Below, one piece after another: positions 30,359 to 40,268 of a DNA stretch of 64,000 bases (within the stretch, counting starts at the first letter, position 1; every line of letters starts with the position of its first letter). Below the pieces are notes generated by a model. That model searched no databases. It was not told the DNA's origin and was given only the letters and a program-made list of their open reading frames with translations. Origin of the DNA: an uncultured cyanobacterium (lineage in GTDB: Bacteria; Cyanobacteriota; Cyanobacteriia; PCC-9006; JAAUQQ01); contig OY970368.1 of NCBI GenBank assembly GCA_963718615.1, positions 3,008,001-3,072,000 on the forward strand, read 5' to 3'. The position numbers and the translations under genes are program-made.

Positions 30359-31291
30359 GTGCAGCTCACGTTTTTAGGAACCAGTTCAGGGGTACCAACC
30401 CGCGCCCGCAATGTCTCGGCGATCGCCCTGCGACTTCCCCAACGGGCAGAGGTCTGGCTGTTTGACTGCGGCGAGGGAACCCAGCACCAGTTTTTACGCA
30501 GCGATTTGCGAGTGGGCCAACTGCGCCGGATTTTCGTGACCCATATGCATGGAGACCACACATTTGGATTAATGGGTCTCTTGGCAAGCTGCGGTTTGGC
30601 AGGCAATCCCGAGCGGATCGATATCTATGGCCCTCGCCCCCTCAATGACTATCTCAAAGCCTGTGGACTCCATTCCCAAACCTATTTTTCCTATCCACTT
30701 AAGGTCCATGGCGTGAAGCCAGGGCTGTTATTTGAGGATGAAGATTATCGGGTACATTGTGGCCCGCTCAAACACCGGGTTCCAGCTTTTGGTTATCGGG
30801 TAGAAGAGAAGGACAAACCGGGGCGGTTTGACTTGGCCAAGGCTCAGGCCCTCGGAATTCCGCCTGGACCGGTTTACGGGGAGCTCAAAGCCGGTAAAAC
30901 GGTCACGCTAGAGGACGGTCGAATGATTCGGGGCACGGAACTCTGCGGACCAATCCGCCCAGGTCGGACGCTGGTTTACTGTACGGACACGGTTTTTTGT
31001 GAGGAGGCGGTTGAGCTGGCCCAGGGGGCAGATGTGCTGATCCACGAGGCGACGTTTGCTCACCAGGATGCAGAACTGGCCTTTCAGCGGCTCCACTCCA
31101 CTTCGACGATGGCGGCCCAAGTGGCCCTCGCCGCAGGCGTTAAGCAATTGATCATGACCCACTTCAGTCCTCGCTACGCCCCTGGCAACGCGCTGACGTT
31201 GGACAATCTGCGGGAAGAAGCCCAGGCGATTTTTCCCAACACGCTGTTGGCCCACGACTTTATGAGCTATGAAATTCCGTCCGCCGATTGA
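30359..31291 (+). CDS. rnz: Ribonuclease Z
   Basis: [35 protein letters not shown]. Confidence 0.96.
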   Translation: MQLTFLGTSSGVPTRARNVSAIALRLPQRAEVWLFDCGEGTQHQFLRSDLRVGQLRRIFVTHMHGDHTFGLMGLLASCGLAGNPERIDIYGPRPLNDYLKACGLHSQTYFSYPLKVHGVKPGLLFEDEDYRVHCGPLKHRVPAFGYRVEEKDKPGRFDLAKAQALGIPPGPVYGELKAGKTVTLEDGRMIRGTELCGPIRPGRTLVYCTDTVFCEEAVELAQGADVLIHEATFAHQDAELAFQRLHSTSTMAAQVALAAGVKQLIMTHFSPRYAPGNALTLDNLREEAQAIFPNTLLAHDFMSYEIPSAD

Positions 31292-31624
31292 CGGAGCGTT
31301 AGGCGCAGGTGCCGATATTCCTCACCAAATCCAGTAAAACTACGTACGTCAAATCTCCTGGTTTTTCTAGGGATGAGAAAGAATTCATCTGTCTTTGCTT
31401 CTCGCTGTAAATACTGAGAAGAAAGTGTATTTATTGACAGTAAAACTGGCGATCGCCACGGTGCCATGACAAGCTAGGTCCATCGCAATAAAGCACCTAT
31501 TCAAGCTTTGGACGCGCGAGAATACGGATTGTAGTCGATCAATTTTGACCGAAATTGCAAGGCTAGACTCTGTATTTATCGCTACGACACTCCAAGCATC
31601 GGCATTTTGAGGAGAAGTTGAGTT

Positions 31625-32305
31625 ATGGTGTCCGGTTCTAGGTCTTCCCAAGTTTCCTATAGCAGCCCCTTTGTGCGGGAGCAGGCGATCGCCCTACGCA
31701 AACGGGCTGAGCTCAAAGCCTCAGAGCGAGCGGCCTCACGGGCTGCTGCCATCGCCAAAAGCGCTGAAGCGGAGCAGGCTCCCAAAAATGTGATGGAAGT
31801 GCTGGTTGAATCCGAAATTGAAGCCCAGCTTGAGCATTTGTCGCCTAAAGAGCGGGCGACGGTTAAAGCTCCTCAGATTATGGCCTACGCCCTCAATCGC
31901 TTACCGGGACTCTATGTGACCAGCGAAAAAGGCTGGGAACGTCAGTGGAATCAGGGCCAAAGCCGCTTGGCAAAGGAAATCAAAACAGCAGTTCGCCAGG
32001 GGATCATCGCGGTGCAGCGAGACCCGCTACGGGCCATGAGTCCCCTGGAAAGCTGTGCTCCGGATGCGGCGGATGCCGCCCTAGGCCAGCTCCAGCGCCT
32101 GCTTAGACAGCCCGCACTCACCTGGTATAACTTAGTGCCCACCGTGCGCATGATTGTGTCGAAGGCAAAAGCTGGACAAGCGGCGCGGCGACAACTGGAG
32201 GCCATGAATCCAGCCCAGCGGGAAGCCCTAGCAGTGCTGGCCACAGAACAGGAGGAGGATTCCTTTGATTGGGATAGCCATCCCCTCTATCAACGAGGGT
32301 TTTAG
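31625..32305 (+). CDS. ComFB (late competence development) domain protein; probable cyclic-dinucleotide receptor family
   Basis: [40 protein letters not shown]. Confidence 0.85.
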   Translation: MVSGSRSSQVSYSSPFVREQAIALRKRAELKASERAASRAAAIAKSAEAEQAPKNVMEVLVESEIEAQLEHLSPKERATVKAPQIMAYALNRLPGLYVTSEKGWERQWNQGQSRLAKEIKTAVRQGIIAVQRDPLRAMSPLESCAPDAADAALGQLQRLLRQPALTWYNLVPTVRMIVSKAKAGQAARRQLEAMNPAQREALAVLATEQEEDSFDWDSHPLYQRGF

Positions 32306-33702
32306 GTGAGGGCGAGGACCTGGGGGACTTGGGGGAACTGGGGGGTTGGCTGAAGCTCGGTTTGATGCCAGGTTTGCAGGTCGGCGAGGGCGCGATCGCG
32401 ATACTGTCCATAGCGTTCTCGCTTGTCGCGAACTTTCTTCGCTAATTCAGGCAAAATGCCAAAATTAGGCGGCATGGGCTGAAAATGCTTGGGCGACGCC
32501 GAGCTAATAAATTCAAACAGCGCCCCAGACATTAGCGTTCCGGGCAACACCACAGGCTCTAAGCCTCGGGCTAGCCTTGCCGCATTCGTCCCGGCGAGCC
32601 AGCCGCCTGCGGTGGCTGCGGTGTAGCCTTCGGTACCCACCAATTGACCAGCGGCGAGGAGCGTCGGTCGTTTGTGAAATTGCAGCGTGGGTTTGAGCAA
32701 TTCCGGCGCATTGATGAACGTATTGCGATGCATGACACCCATGCGCACAAACTCCGCATGTTCCAGGCCCGGAATCATCCGAAATACCCGCGCCTGCTCG
32801 CCCCAGCGTAAATTCGTCTGGAACCCCACCAAATTCCAAAGCTGTCCGGCTTTATCTTCCTGCCGGAGCTGAACCACAGCATAGGGCTTTTTGCTCTTGT
32901 TCTCTGGAGCCCGAAAATCCCCCAGTCGCGCATCAAACAACCCCACGGGCTTGAGGGGTCCATAGCGCATGGTGTCTTCGCCCCGCCGGGCCTGTTCTTC
33001 AATCGGCAAGCAACCTTCAAAAAACTTCGCCGTTTCCCGCTCAAAATCCTTTAGCTCCGCCTGTTCCGCTTCACAAAGGGCCTGCCAAAAGCGCAGATAT
33101 TGCTCCCGGTCCATGGGGCAGTTGAGATAGGCAGCTTCTCCGCGATCATAGCGAGAGGCCCGAAAGGCAATCTCCTGATTAATCGACTCACCAACGACAA
33201 TTGGGCTGGCCGCGTCAAAAAAACTGCAATAGTCCTGGCCCGTCAAGGCTTGCAGGTCTTCCGCCAGGGCTGGACTGGTGAGGGGACCGGTTGTCAGAAC
33301 AACAATACCTTCCGCCGGAATTTGCAGAACTTCCTCCCGTCGTAGGGTCACCAACGGATGACCAGAGACCGTCTCCGTAAGTTCCTGACTGAAAACACCC
33401 CGATCCACTGCCAATGCACCGCCCGCAGGCACCGCATGTTCCTGGGCTTTGGCGATTACGATTGAACCCAACTGCCGCAGTTCTTCATGGAGCAACCCCG
33501 CCGCCCGATCCGTCGCCATGGCCCCAAAAGAATTGCTACAGACCAGCTCGGCGAAGTATTCCGTATGATGGGCTGGGCTTTGGCGCAGCGGACGCATTTC
33601 GTGCAGGATAACCGGAAGCCCCGCCTGGGCAATTTGCCATGCGGCTTCAGTTCCAGCTAGACCAGCACCAATCACATGAATGGGAGCGAGAGAATCAGAC
33701 AT
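32302..33702 (-). CDS. trmFO: Folate-dependent tRNA (uracil-5)-methyltransferase TrmFO
   Basis: [52 protein letters not shown]. Confidence 0.96.
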   Translation of the reverse strand: MSDSLAPIHVIGAGLAGTEAAWQIAQAGLPVILHEMRPLRQSPAHHTEYFAELVCSNSFGAMATDRAAGLLHEELRQLGSIVIAKAQEHAVPAGGALAVDRGVFSQELTETVSGHPLVTLRREEVLQIPAEGIVVLTTGPLTSPALAEDLQALTGQDYCSFFDAASPIVVGESINQEIAFRASRYDRGEAAYLNCPMDREQYLRFWQALCEAEQAELKDFERETAKFFEGCLPIEEQARRGEDTMRYGPLKPVGLFDARLGDFRAPENKSKKPYAVVQLRQEDKAGQLWNLVGFQTNLRWGEQARVFRMIPGLEHAEFVRMGVMHRNTFINAPELLKPTLQFHKRPTLLAAGQLVGTEGYTAATAGGWLAGTNAARLARGLEPVVLPGTLMSGALFEFISSASPKHFQPMPPNFGILPELAKKVRDKRERYGQYRDRALADLQTWHQTELQPTPQFPQVPQVLALT

Positions 33703-33830
33703 GAGCGTTGAAATAAGCGGGCAGAAGGCGATCGCCACCTAAAACTAGGCATTGAGGCTACTGTTCAGTATAGAGATTATTCCAGGCGTTATTTCAAACG
33801 CAATGCCAGGGGATTGTCCAGGCGAGCGGC

Positions 33831-34742
33831 TCACACCGACTTTTTCTTCGCGTCCTGGTCGATAATCGCCATGGCAACGTAGTAATAAACCGTAAACATA
33901 ACGCTAGCAAAAATCTGTCCGCCCCAAGCACCATGCCAAAACTCAAAGGATTTTTCACCCCAATAGACCGCTGCATTGGCTAACAGCATGATGCGAGGAA
34001 TATTGAAAATTAGCGAGATTGCAATACCCGAAAGAATGAGCTGAGCCGTTTGCGAGCCTTTCAGCTTCATAAACAGCCCTAAAATCAACCCTGTCCCCGC
34101 CAATGTAAACGCCATGGCAAAACCATTGCAGCCCGGTGCGACCAAGACTGAACCTTCAGGTAAGTTCACATAGGCCGATTGCGAAGTCGCGGCTTGACCT
34201 ATGGCTTGCAGGCCTAAACTGCCGGTCCAAGCCATCAGCCTCTCTAAAGATTCATGGGGCGTTACCAGGCGAAAAATTCGGATAGCAATAAATTGTAAAT
34301 TAGGATAAATGCTAATTAAAACCAAGAGCGCGTGAAATCCATGGCGCTTAAAAAACTTCAGCCCCCAGGTACTCAGCGTCATGCCCATCAAAACCCAAGC
34401 AAATACCAGGGCTTGAAACGAAACCGAATTATAAATAAAGGGAAAAACTAAAACACCACCCACAATTAAAAGATGCCCTAAAAGCTCATCTTCTTCGTTG
34501 GCGGACCAGCGGGTGAGGCGATCGCGATCATTCCAGAACGCCTGCGCCGCCAAGGCAATAAAGCCAAAATTAATAATGCAATCGGAGGCACCCTCATGAA
34601 TTTGGCGAAAAATTGTGCCCAACCAAGTGGGTAGAAAAGCAAGCCCAACCATGCTGCCGAGCAGGATTAAAAAACGGTGAGGGCTGGTAAAACTAGAACG
34701 AAGATAACGGAGGAATACAGTAGGTAGCGTATTCAAGGTCAT
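33831..34742 (-). CDS. crtC: Cyanoexosortase (C-type)
   Basis: Multi-TM protein with exosortase Cys/Arg/His motifs APGCNG, NIPRI and FEFWHGAWG; adjacent to HpsJ-like and PTPA-CTERM genes. Confidence 0.85.
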   Translation of the reverse strand: MTLNTLPTVFLRYLRSSFTSPHRFLILLGSMVGLAFLPTWLGTIFRQIHEGASDCIINFGFIALAAQAFWNDRDRLTRWSANEEDELLGHLLIVGGVLVFPFIYNSVSFQALVFAWVLMGMTLSTWGLKFFKRHGFHALLVLISIYPNLQFIAIRIFRLVTPHESLERLMAWTGSLGLQAIGQAATSQSAYVNLPEGSVLVAPGCNGFAMAFTLAGTGLILGLFMKLKGSQTAQLILSGIAISLIFNIPRIMLLANAAVYWGEKSFEFWHGAWGGQIFASVMFTVYYYVAMAIIDQDAKKKSV

Positions 34743-34861
34743 GGCTGATTCCTAGAAGACGGGGTGGGTTGGGTTCAATTGCCTAAATTCAGCACAATTC
34801 AGCACAACTCAACCCACAGGCAATTGTAGTCAGGCTCAGTAAGGACTCAAGCGCGATCGCC

Positions 34862-35467
34862 CTAGACTCGATCCTTAGGGGGCTTCATGCCATACCGACC
34901 CAAGCCTAGCAATGCTAGACCCACAACCGCTAGATTGCCCACACTGGCAATGCCTGCGCGAAAGATACCGGTTTTAGCATTTTGTTGCAGACTGTCCGAT
35001 CGTTGAGAAAGCTGCTGCAAGGCCGTTTCTAACTGTTCCGGCGTCACTTGGCCACTGAGTTCAGGATTGGACCGCGCCTGTTGAATTTGGGTTTCTAGCT
35101 GAGTCGCCTGGGTGGTAATCCGGCTCAGGGTTTGTTTTTGCAGTGTGCTGCTGTCTCGAATGACCAAAATGCAAGAAAGCTGAAAGATCACGCCTAGGGC
35201 TAAACAGAAAGCGGCAAAACGTCTGCGCCAGTTGCGAAACTCCATAAAGCCATACATCAGTAGGGCTAAACCGAAGAGGAGAATAATGCTGCGATCGCCC
35301 ACCTGTTGAAAGAAACTCACGCGCCATTCCAGCGCACCAAAATTAATGGGGTAGCTCAATACAAATAGATCAACCGCAAAGCCTGCAAGGCAAGCAATGC
35401 CAATGAGCCTGCAAAGGGCTTTGCCGCTGTAGTTAGTTGTTGTTGTGGGCGCGGAAATAGTGGCCAT
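34862..35467 (-). CDS. HpsJ-like membrane protein, exosortase-associated
   Basis: WRVSFFQQVGDRSIILLFG, three TMs, Gln-rich coiled coil, C-terminal TM. Confidence 0.8.
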   Translation of the reverse strand: MATISAPTTTTNYSGKALCRLIGIACLAGFAVDLFVLSYPINFGALEWRVSFFQQVGDRSIILLFGLALLMYGFMEFRNWRRRFAAFCLALGVIFQLSCILVIRDSSTLQKQTLSRITTQATQLETQIQQARSNPELSGQVTPEQLETALQQLSQRSDSLQQNAKTGIFRAGIASVGNLAVVGLALLGLGRYGMKPPKDRV

Positions 35468-35542
35468 AGGATTATTTGTAACTTGTAAAAGTCACTATAA
35501 AAAGTGATTTCGTTCAGTATATTCAAGGAGAAAGAGTCTTAA

Positions 35543-35548
35543 TCCGGA
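35543..35548 (-). promoter_or_regulatory. DIF1-like TCCGGA promoter element upstream of hpsJ-like/crtC
   Basis: Minus strand reads TCCGGA-N18-GAATATACT, 76 bp before the start. Confidence 0.5.
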
Positions 35549-35736
35549 TAGACTTAGAGTAAAAATCTAAGATGATACGGGAAAAGAGAAGCTGCCAATA
35601 CTTGAGACTAGGGAAGCCAAACGTTACCCTAAACCAGGTAATTTTTTCTCAAAATTAAGCAGGGTAGAGAAACCTCGTACCCTACTGAATGGTTAAGAGT
35701 CATTTGGCTGATTGAGCCGATGCTGTTTCCCTAAGC

Positions 35737-36369
35737 TTAAGCTGCGTTTTCCAACTCTTCGCGACGCTTGCGCAGGAGCGCTAAGCCCATGCCAATTACA
35801 CCGGGAAGCAACGCAGGTGTTGGCACAGCCTGGACCTCAACATTTTGATTTTGAGTTCCGCTAACACTCGTAAAAGCGTTGCCTAATGTGTCGGCAGCGC
35901 TCAAGAATGTCAAATCAAAATCGGCCAACCCATCGTTTTGAAGAGCCTTTACGTTAAACAGATAAGAAGCAATTGGAACACTAAATGAATCAGGTGCGAT
36001 GGCTGCACCCGTTTGCTTAAAGGTCAACGAGGTTGAAGTTGCTGCAGTTGGAATAATCCCAGTAAAGCCAGCCGTTGCAGAAAAACTGCTGAGTCCCAAC
36101 TCTAGCCCAGAATCCCAGGAAACCTTGTACTCGACTTCACCCAACTTATCGTCATCCGCAAGACCAAAAGTTTCTAGAAAGATATCAAACTTGATTGTAT
36201 CTCCGAGATTAACTGCCAAGTCTTTGATGGAATCTCCATCCAACGATGTACCGGTGGGTTTGAAGGTTAAGCTCAGGGCATTGGCGGGAGCAACATGAGC
36301 GAGGCTCATTGCGCTTGTCACGGCGGCGGCAGCGAGCGCAGATGTCCAAAATTTGGTTGTTGTGTTCAT
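35737..36369 (-). CDS. PTPA-CTERM (PEP-CTERM-like) sorting-domain surface protein
   Basis: Signal peptide ending APANA, Ser/Thr-rich beta-domain, C-terminal VPTPALLPGVIGMGLALLRKRR. Confidence 0.92.
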   Translation of the reverse strand: MNTTTKFWTSALAAAAVTSAMSLAHVAPANALSLTFKPTGTSLDGDSIKDLAVNLGDTIKFDIFLETFGLADDDKLGEVEYKVSWDSGLELGLSSFSATAGFTGIIPTAATSTSLTFKQTGAAIAPDSFSVPIASYLFNVKALQNDGLADFDLTFLSAADTLGNAFTSVSGTQNQNVEVQAVPTPALLPGVIGMGLALLRKRREELENAA

Positions 36370-36735
36370 TATTCTACCTACATGGGGTCGTAAGACAGTA
36401 GCGACTGGATCTCAGCAATTGCGACTAGGAGAAAGCCGTAAACACTTAGAGATACCAGGAGGTAGATGATGAAAAGCTGAATCCCGACTCGGAAGGATGA
36501 TGAGGAACAAAACATCTCACAGAGTGGTCTTTGTCAACCAGCCCTAGAGCGATAGACTAGTAAGCCTCAGAATTCTGTCCTAAAAGTATAGTATTCAATC
36601 CTACGGAGAACGGCAATTGATCTTGCCTAGCTTCACGGAGGCTTTATAGAGCGTTTATGGTATTTCTTGAAACAAGTTCTCTGGGTTCGTTGTTTCAGCG
36701 ATCGCGCCAGCATTTATCCATCCAGACGTCAACGC

Positions 36736-37890
36736 TTAGAGAGGTTTGAAGCGCTGTTTGAGCAACGTCTGAATCGCTTTCTGGGTCTGAGACAGAGAAA
36801 ATAGCATTTGGGCTTTTTTTCGTCCAGTCTCTGCCATCCGTTGTGTTTTGCTGAGTTCAGCTTGACATTGTTGCAGAGCCTGAGACAGCTCAGCAACGTT
36901 GCTGGGTTGAGTTAGCCAACCGGTAATTCCTGGTTCAATTAATTCAACTGCACCCCCTGCTGCCGCTGCAATAACGGGTTTCCCACATAGCATGGCTTCG
37001 ATAATCACTCGGCCAAAGGGCTCTGGAGCAGTAGAAGAATGAACGACAACATCGCAGATTGTCATTAACGTGGGAATATCAGAGCGAAACCCTAGAAGCT
37101 TGACCCGTGTTTGCAAGTCAAGCTGCTCAATTTGCTGTTTGAGTTGGATTACGTATTCTTCTTCTCCGAACAGCGCTTCTCCGACGAGGAGTACTATGAA
37201 ATGAGAGGGACAAGTGGCCAATGCTTCTAGCAAAATATGTTGCCCTTTCCAAGGAGAAAGCCGACTAAAGTGGCCAATCACAAACTGTTGATCAGCGATG
37301 CCTAAAGTTTCGCGCAATTGCTGGCACTGTTCAGCCTCTGTAAGGTATTGTTGAGGATCAAAACCGTTATAAACGACTTGACACAGTTCTGGTTTCCCTC
37401 CAGCGGCAATAAAGGCGGCCCGAGTGGCCTTGGAATTGGCAATAATTAAATCTGTAAAGTGATTGGCTAGAAAAACAGCTAGTCGTAGATTGGTCAAACT
37501 AAAATGGTCGGTTGATAAAATATCTCGCTGATGGTGAATTAGAGGCTTGCGAGCGATCGCCTTTGCTAGTGCGCCCACCACAAATGCTTTTTGTGTATTG
37601 CTATAAATCAAATCATACTGGCGGCTTAGCTGAAGCACTTGCCAAACCAACGGTAACAAGCGAGTGGCACTTCCGAAAAGGCTCTGAATGAAACTGCTAG
37701 ACTTTTGTACCTGTAACGGGCCTTGCGCCAAAACCCGAACTGGAATGTTCTGGGCTTCTAGGCGATCGCGAAAGGGACCATCTTGAAAGAGCCCCACAAG
37801 ACAATCGTTTTTGTAAAAATCAGCTAGATCTAGCAGGGACAGTTCAGCTCCCCCTAATTTCCCACTTTGGTCTAGAAATAAAATACGCAT
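36736..37890 (-). CDS. Glycosyltransferase family 4 (paralogue of 38907-40118)
   Basis: MRILFLDQSGKLGGAEL and PEPFGRVIIEAMLCGKPV. Confidence 0.92.
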   Translation of the reverse strand: MRILFLDQSGKLGGAELSLLDLADFYKNDCLVGLFQDGPFRDRLEAQNIPVRVLAQGPLQVQKSSSFIQSLFGSATRLLPLVWQVLQLSRQYDLIYSNTQKAFVVGALAKAIARKPLIHHQRDILSTDHFSLTNLRLAVFLANHFTDLIIANSKATRAAFIAAGGKPELCQVVYNGFDPQQYLTEAEQCQQLRETLGIADQQFVIGHFSRLSPWKGQHILLEALATCPSHFIVLLVGEALFGEEEYVIQLKQQIEQLDLQTRVKLLGFRSDIPTLMTICDVVVHSSTAPEPFGRVIIEAMLCGKPVIAAAAGGAVELIEPGITGWLTQPSNVAELSQALQQCQAELSKTQRMAETGRKKAQMLFSLSQTQKAIQTLLKQRFKPL

Positions 37891-37908
37891 GGGGAAAGCA
37901 CCGTTGAA

Positions 37909-38910
37909 CTATACCCTGAGATAGTTTTTCGGAATGTAGCGACCTAAACCCTTAAGCTGCTCCCTCCAGGTTACACAATCTCGGACCGACTCAGGTAATT
38001 CTTGGGCAAAATTAGCAAGCTGCTGTTGAGAAAGGGGCGATCGCCCTCCAAAAAAAGGATGCTTAGGACGACGGCTAAAATAACCAAAAAAGATCGCCGA
38101 GCGATCCTGCTGCCGGGGGGGGCAGCCGCGATGATAAAACGTTGCTGGGTCTAAAAAGAGAACCGTCCCTTGGACGCCTGAATAGGAATGGTACCAATTG
38201 TGATCTTCCCGCCCTAATAGGGTTTGAAGTTCCGAAGTTCGAAAAACTTGATACTTTTGTTGGGCCTTTTGCAAAATTTCCTCATTGATCGCAGGATGCA
38301 CACATTCAAAGGGTCCTCCCGCTGGAGTGACTTCATGGAGATAAACACACACCTTGAGCATCTTCCAGTCTTCTTTGTCGCGATGCCATTTTCGGGGTCC
38401 CGCTTCCCGGCAATCGGCAACACTGTGATAGAACGAGAGGCCATCGTAGGCCACCGGCAAACCCAGATAGGCTTCGGCAATTTTTAAGATTTTTTCAGAG
38501 GCTCCCCAGTGCAAAAGAACTGGATGTTGTAACAGTTGCTGGGCCGTTGCCGTGAGCGTGTGTTTGCCTGCATAACGGGGCCAAGTGGCTTGTTCGGCCA
38601 GTTCCTGAGACACCGCGAGGGCTGCCGCTAAAAACGCTGGGGTTTGTTCGATTTGGAGGGCCGCTAAGGAAGTAACGGCGACGCCCGTGTGACGTATGGC
38701 TTCTACGATGTTGAGTTCATCTGGAGCAAGGAGGGGAAGATGAGAACCATAACGCTGCAAAAAGGCTTGATAGCGAGGATAGAGAATGCCTCGCTCAACG
38801 GTGTCCCAGTTGGCAATGGCAAAAGCCAAATCGGAAGGCAGACTGAGTCCTTGCTGAAGACAGCGATCGGCCAGTTGATAGCAGCGATCGAGTGAAGATC
38901 TGAGCATCAT
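37909..38910 (-). CDS. 2OG-Fe(II) dioxygenase, phytanoyl-CoA dioxygenase-like fold
   Basis: HxD...H triad (KWHRDKED...FYHRG), LKVCVYL..V...GGPF, R-S motif; ATGA overlap with the upstream GT4 gene. Confidence 0.8.
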   Translation of the reverse strand: MMLRSSLDRCYQLADRCLQQGLSLPSDLAFAIANWDTVERGILYPRYQAFLQRYGSHLPLLAPDELNIVEAIRHTGVAVTSLAALQIEQTPAFLAAALAVSQELAEQATWPRYAGKHTLTATAQQLLQHPVLLHWGASEKILKIAEAYLGLPVAYDGLSFYHSVADCREAGPRKWHRDKEDWKMLKVCVYLHEVTPAGGPFECVHPAINEEILQKAQQKYQVFRTSELQTLLGREDHNWYHSYSGVQGTVLFLDPATFYHRGCPPRQQDRSAIFFGYFSRRPKHPFFGGRSPLSQQQLANFAQELPESVRDCVTWREQLKGLGRYIPKNYLRV

Positions 38911-40118
38911 CGTTTGGGGTTTCCGTTTCCATAACAAAGCAGGTGACTCAGGGCCGTTTCTGAGGCTGGCGTCACCACCGATTGCAAAATCTGCTGAATT
39001 TCCTGGTTCGTCTTGTGTAAATCAAACGTTTCTCTGGCGATGCAATAGCCCTGGTGAGCGATCGCCCGCGCTGCGTCGTAATGTTGATAACAATGATGAA
39101 TAGCTGCTGCTAGTTCCTGGGGATTATTAGGGGGCACCAGCCAACCGGTTTGTCCCGGTTTGACAAACTCTAGCGGCCCCCCTGCTGCTGCTGCAATCAC
39201 GGGAATTTTGCATAGCATGGCTTCAGCGACCACACGCCCAAAGGGCTCAGGGGCAGTGGGCGTATGCACAATCAGTTGGCAGGCGGACATCAAAGGTACA
39301 ATATCGGATTGAAATCCGGCCCAATGCACCCGATGCTGAAGATGGAGCGCCGCAATTTTTGCTTGTAAGGCTTGAAAATAAGCCTGTTCACCAAATAAAA
39401 CATCCCCGACTAAAATCGCAATCACGTTATTGGGGCAATACTGAAGTGCTTCGATCAAAACATGTTGTCCCTTCCAATCGGCAATCCGGCTAAAATTGCC
39501 GATTCTAAAATAAGATTCGGCGGAGCTGGGGGTGGAGATTAACGCTTGTAAAGGGCTTGGCTGGGGAAGATAGCGATATTGTTCTAGATCAAAGCCGTTA
39601 TAGACCACGTCCAAAAGCTCTGCCCGTCCGCCCGCTGTAATAAAAGCCTGAGCGGTCGCCTGAGAATTAGCAATTACTTTTGTGGCGCTCTGATTGGCTA
39701 ACACGACTAAAAGCTGTTGATTAAACGGGCTAAAATGCTGCTTGCAGAGTATGTCATGAAGATGATAAACCAAGGGGCAACGACCCAGATGACTGGCTAA
39801 TGCGCCAACGACTAACGCTTTAGGTGTATTGGCATAAATCAAGTCATAGTGCTGACTCAACGTCGCGATTTGCTTGGCTAAGGGCAAAATCTGGCGAAAC
39901 GAACCGAGGCCTTGAACCCAACCGCTCGACTTTTTGACGGAGATGTCTTGAGCTCCTAAAATTTTCACGGCAATGCCTTCTGCTTGCAAGGAGAGATGCA
40001 TCGGTCCATCCTCAAACAAGCAGACCAGGGATTGCTCGCGGTAAGCTTTCGCAATATCCAGGAGGCAGAGCTCTGCCCCCCCTGGACTTGCACTTTGATC
40101 CAGGAAGAGAATTCGCAT
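38907..40118 (-). CDS. Glycosyltransferase family 4
   Basis: MRILFLDQSASPGGAELCL and PEPFGRVVAEAML. Confidence 0.92.
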   Translation of the reverse strand: MRILFLDQSASPGGAELCLLDIAKAYREQSLVCLFEDGPMHLSLQAEGIAVKILGAQDISVKKSSGWVQGLGSFRQILPLAKQIATLSQHYDLIYANTPKALVVGALASHLGRCPLVYHLHDILCKQHFSPFNQQLLVVLANQSATKVIANSQATAQAFITAGGRAELLDVVYNGFDLEQYRYLPQPSPLQALISTPSSAESYFRIGNFSRIADWKGQHVLIEALQYCPNNVIAILVGDVLFGEQAYFQALQAKIAALHLQHRVHWAGFQSDIVPLMSACQLIVHTPTAPEPFGRVVAEAMLCKIPVIAAAAGGPLEFVKPGQTGWLVPPNNPQELAAAIHHCYQHYDAARAIAHQGYCIARETFDLHKTNQEIQQILQSVVTPASETALSHLLCYGNGNPKR

Positions 40119-40228
40119 CGCTATGGAAACATAACCTCTTTCGGAAACTGAAGTAACCTTTGTTGCTTTTGTATGCGTGGAAACACGCTTAGATGGCCTG
40201 ACTTTTCCTTCTGGGGATCAACTGACTA

Positions 40229-40234
40229 TCCGGA
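40229..40234 (-). promoter_or_regulatory. DIF1-like TCCGGA promoter element upstream of the GT4-dioxygenase-GT4 unit
   Basis: Minus strand reads TCCGGA-N17-GAA, 111 bp before the start. The 13-mer GGAGTCCGGATAG is shared, inverted, with the wzc site. Confidence 0.5.
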
Positions 40235-40268
40235 CTCCTTTGCGCAGCAAAGATAAGCCTCTTGGTAT

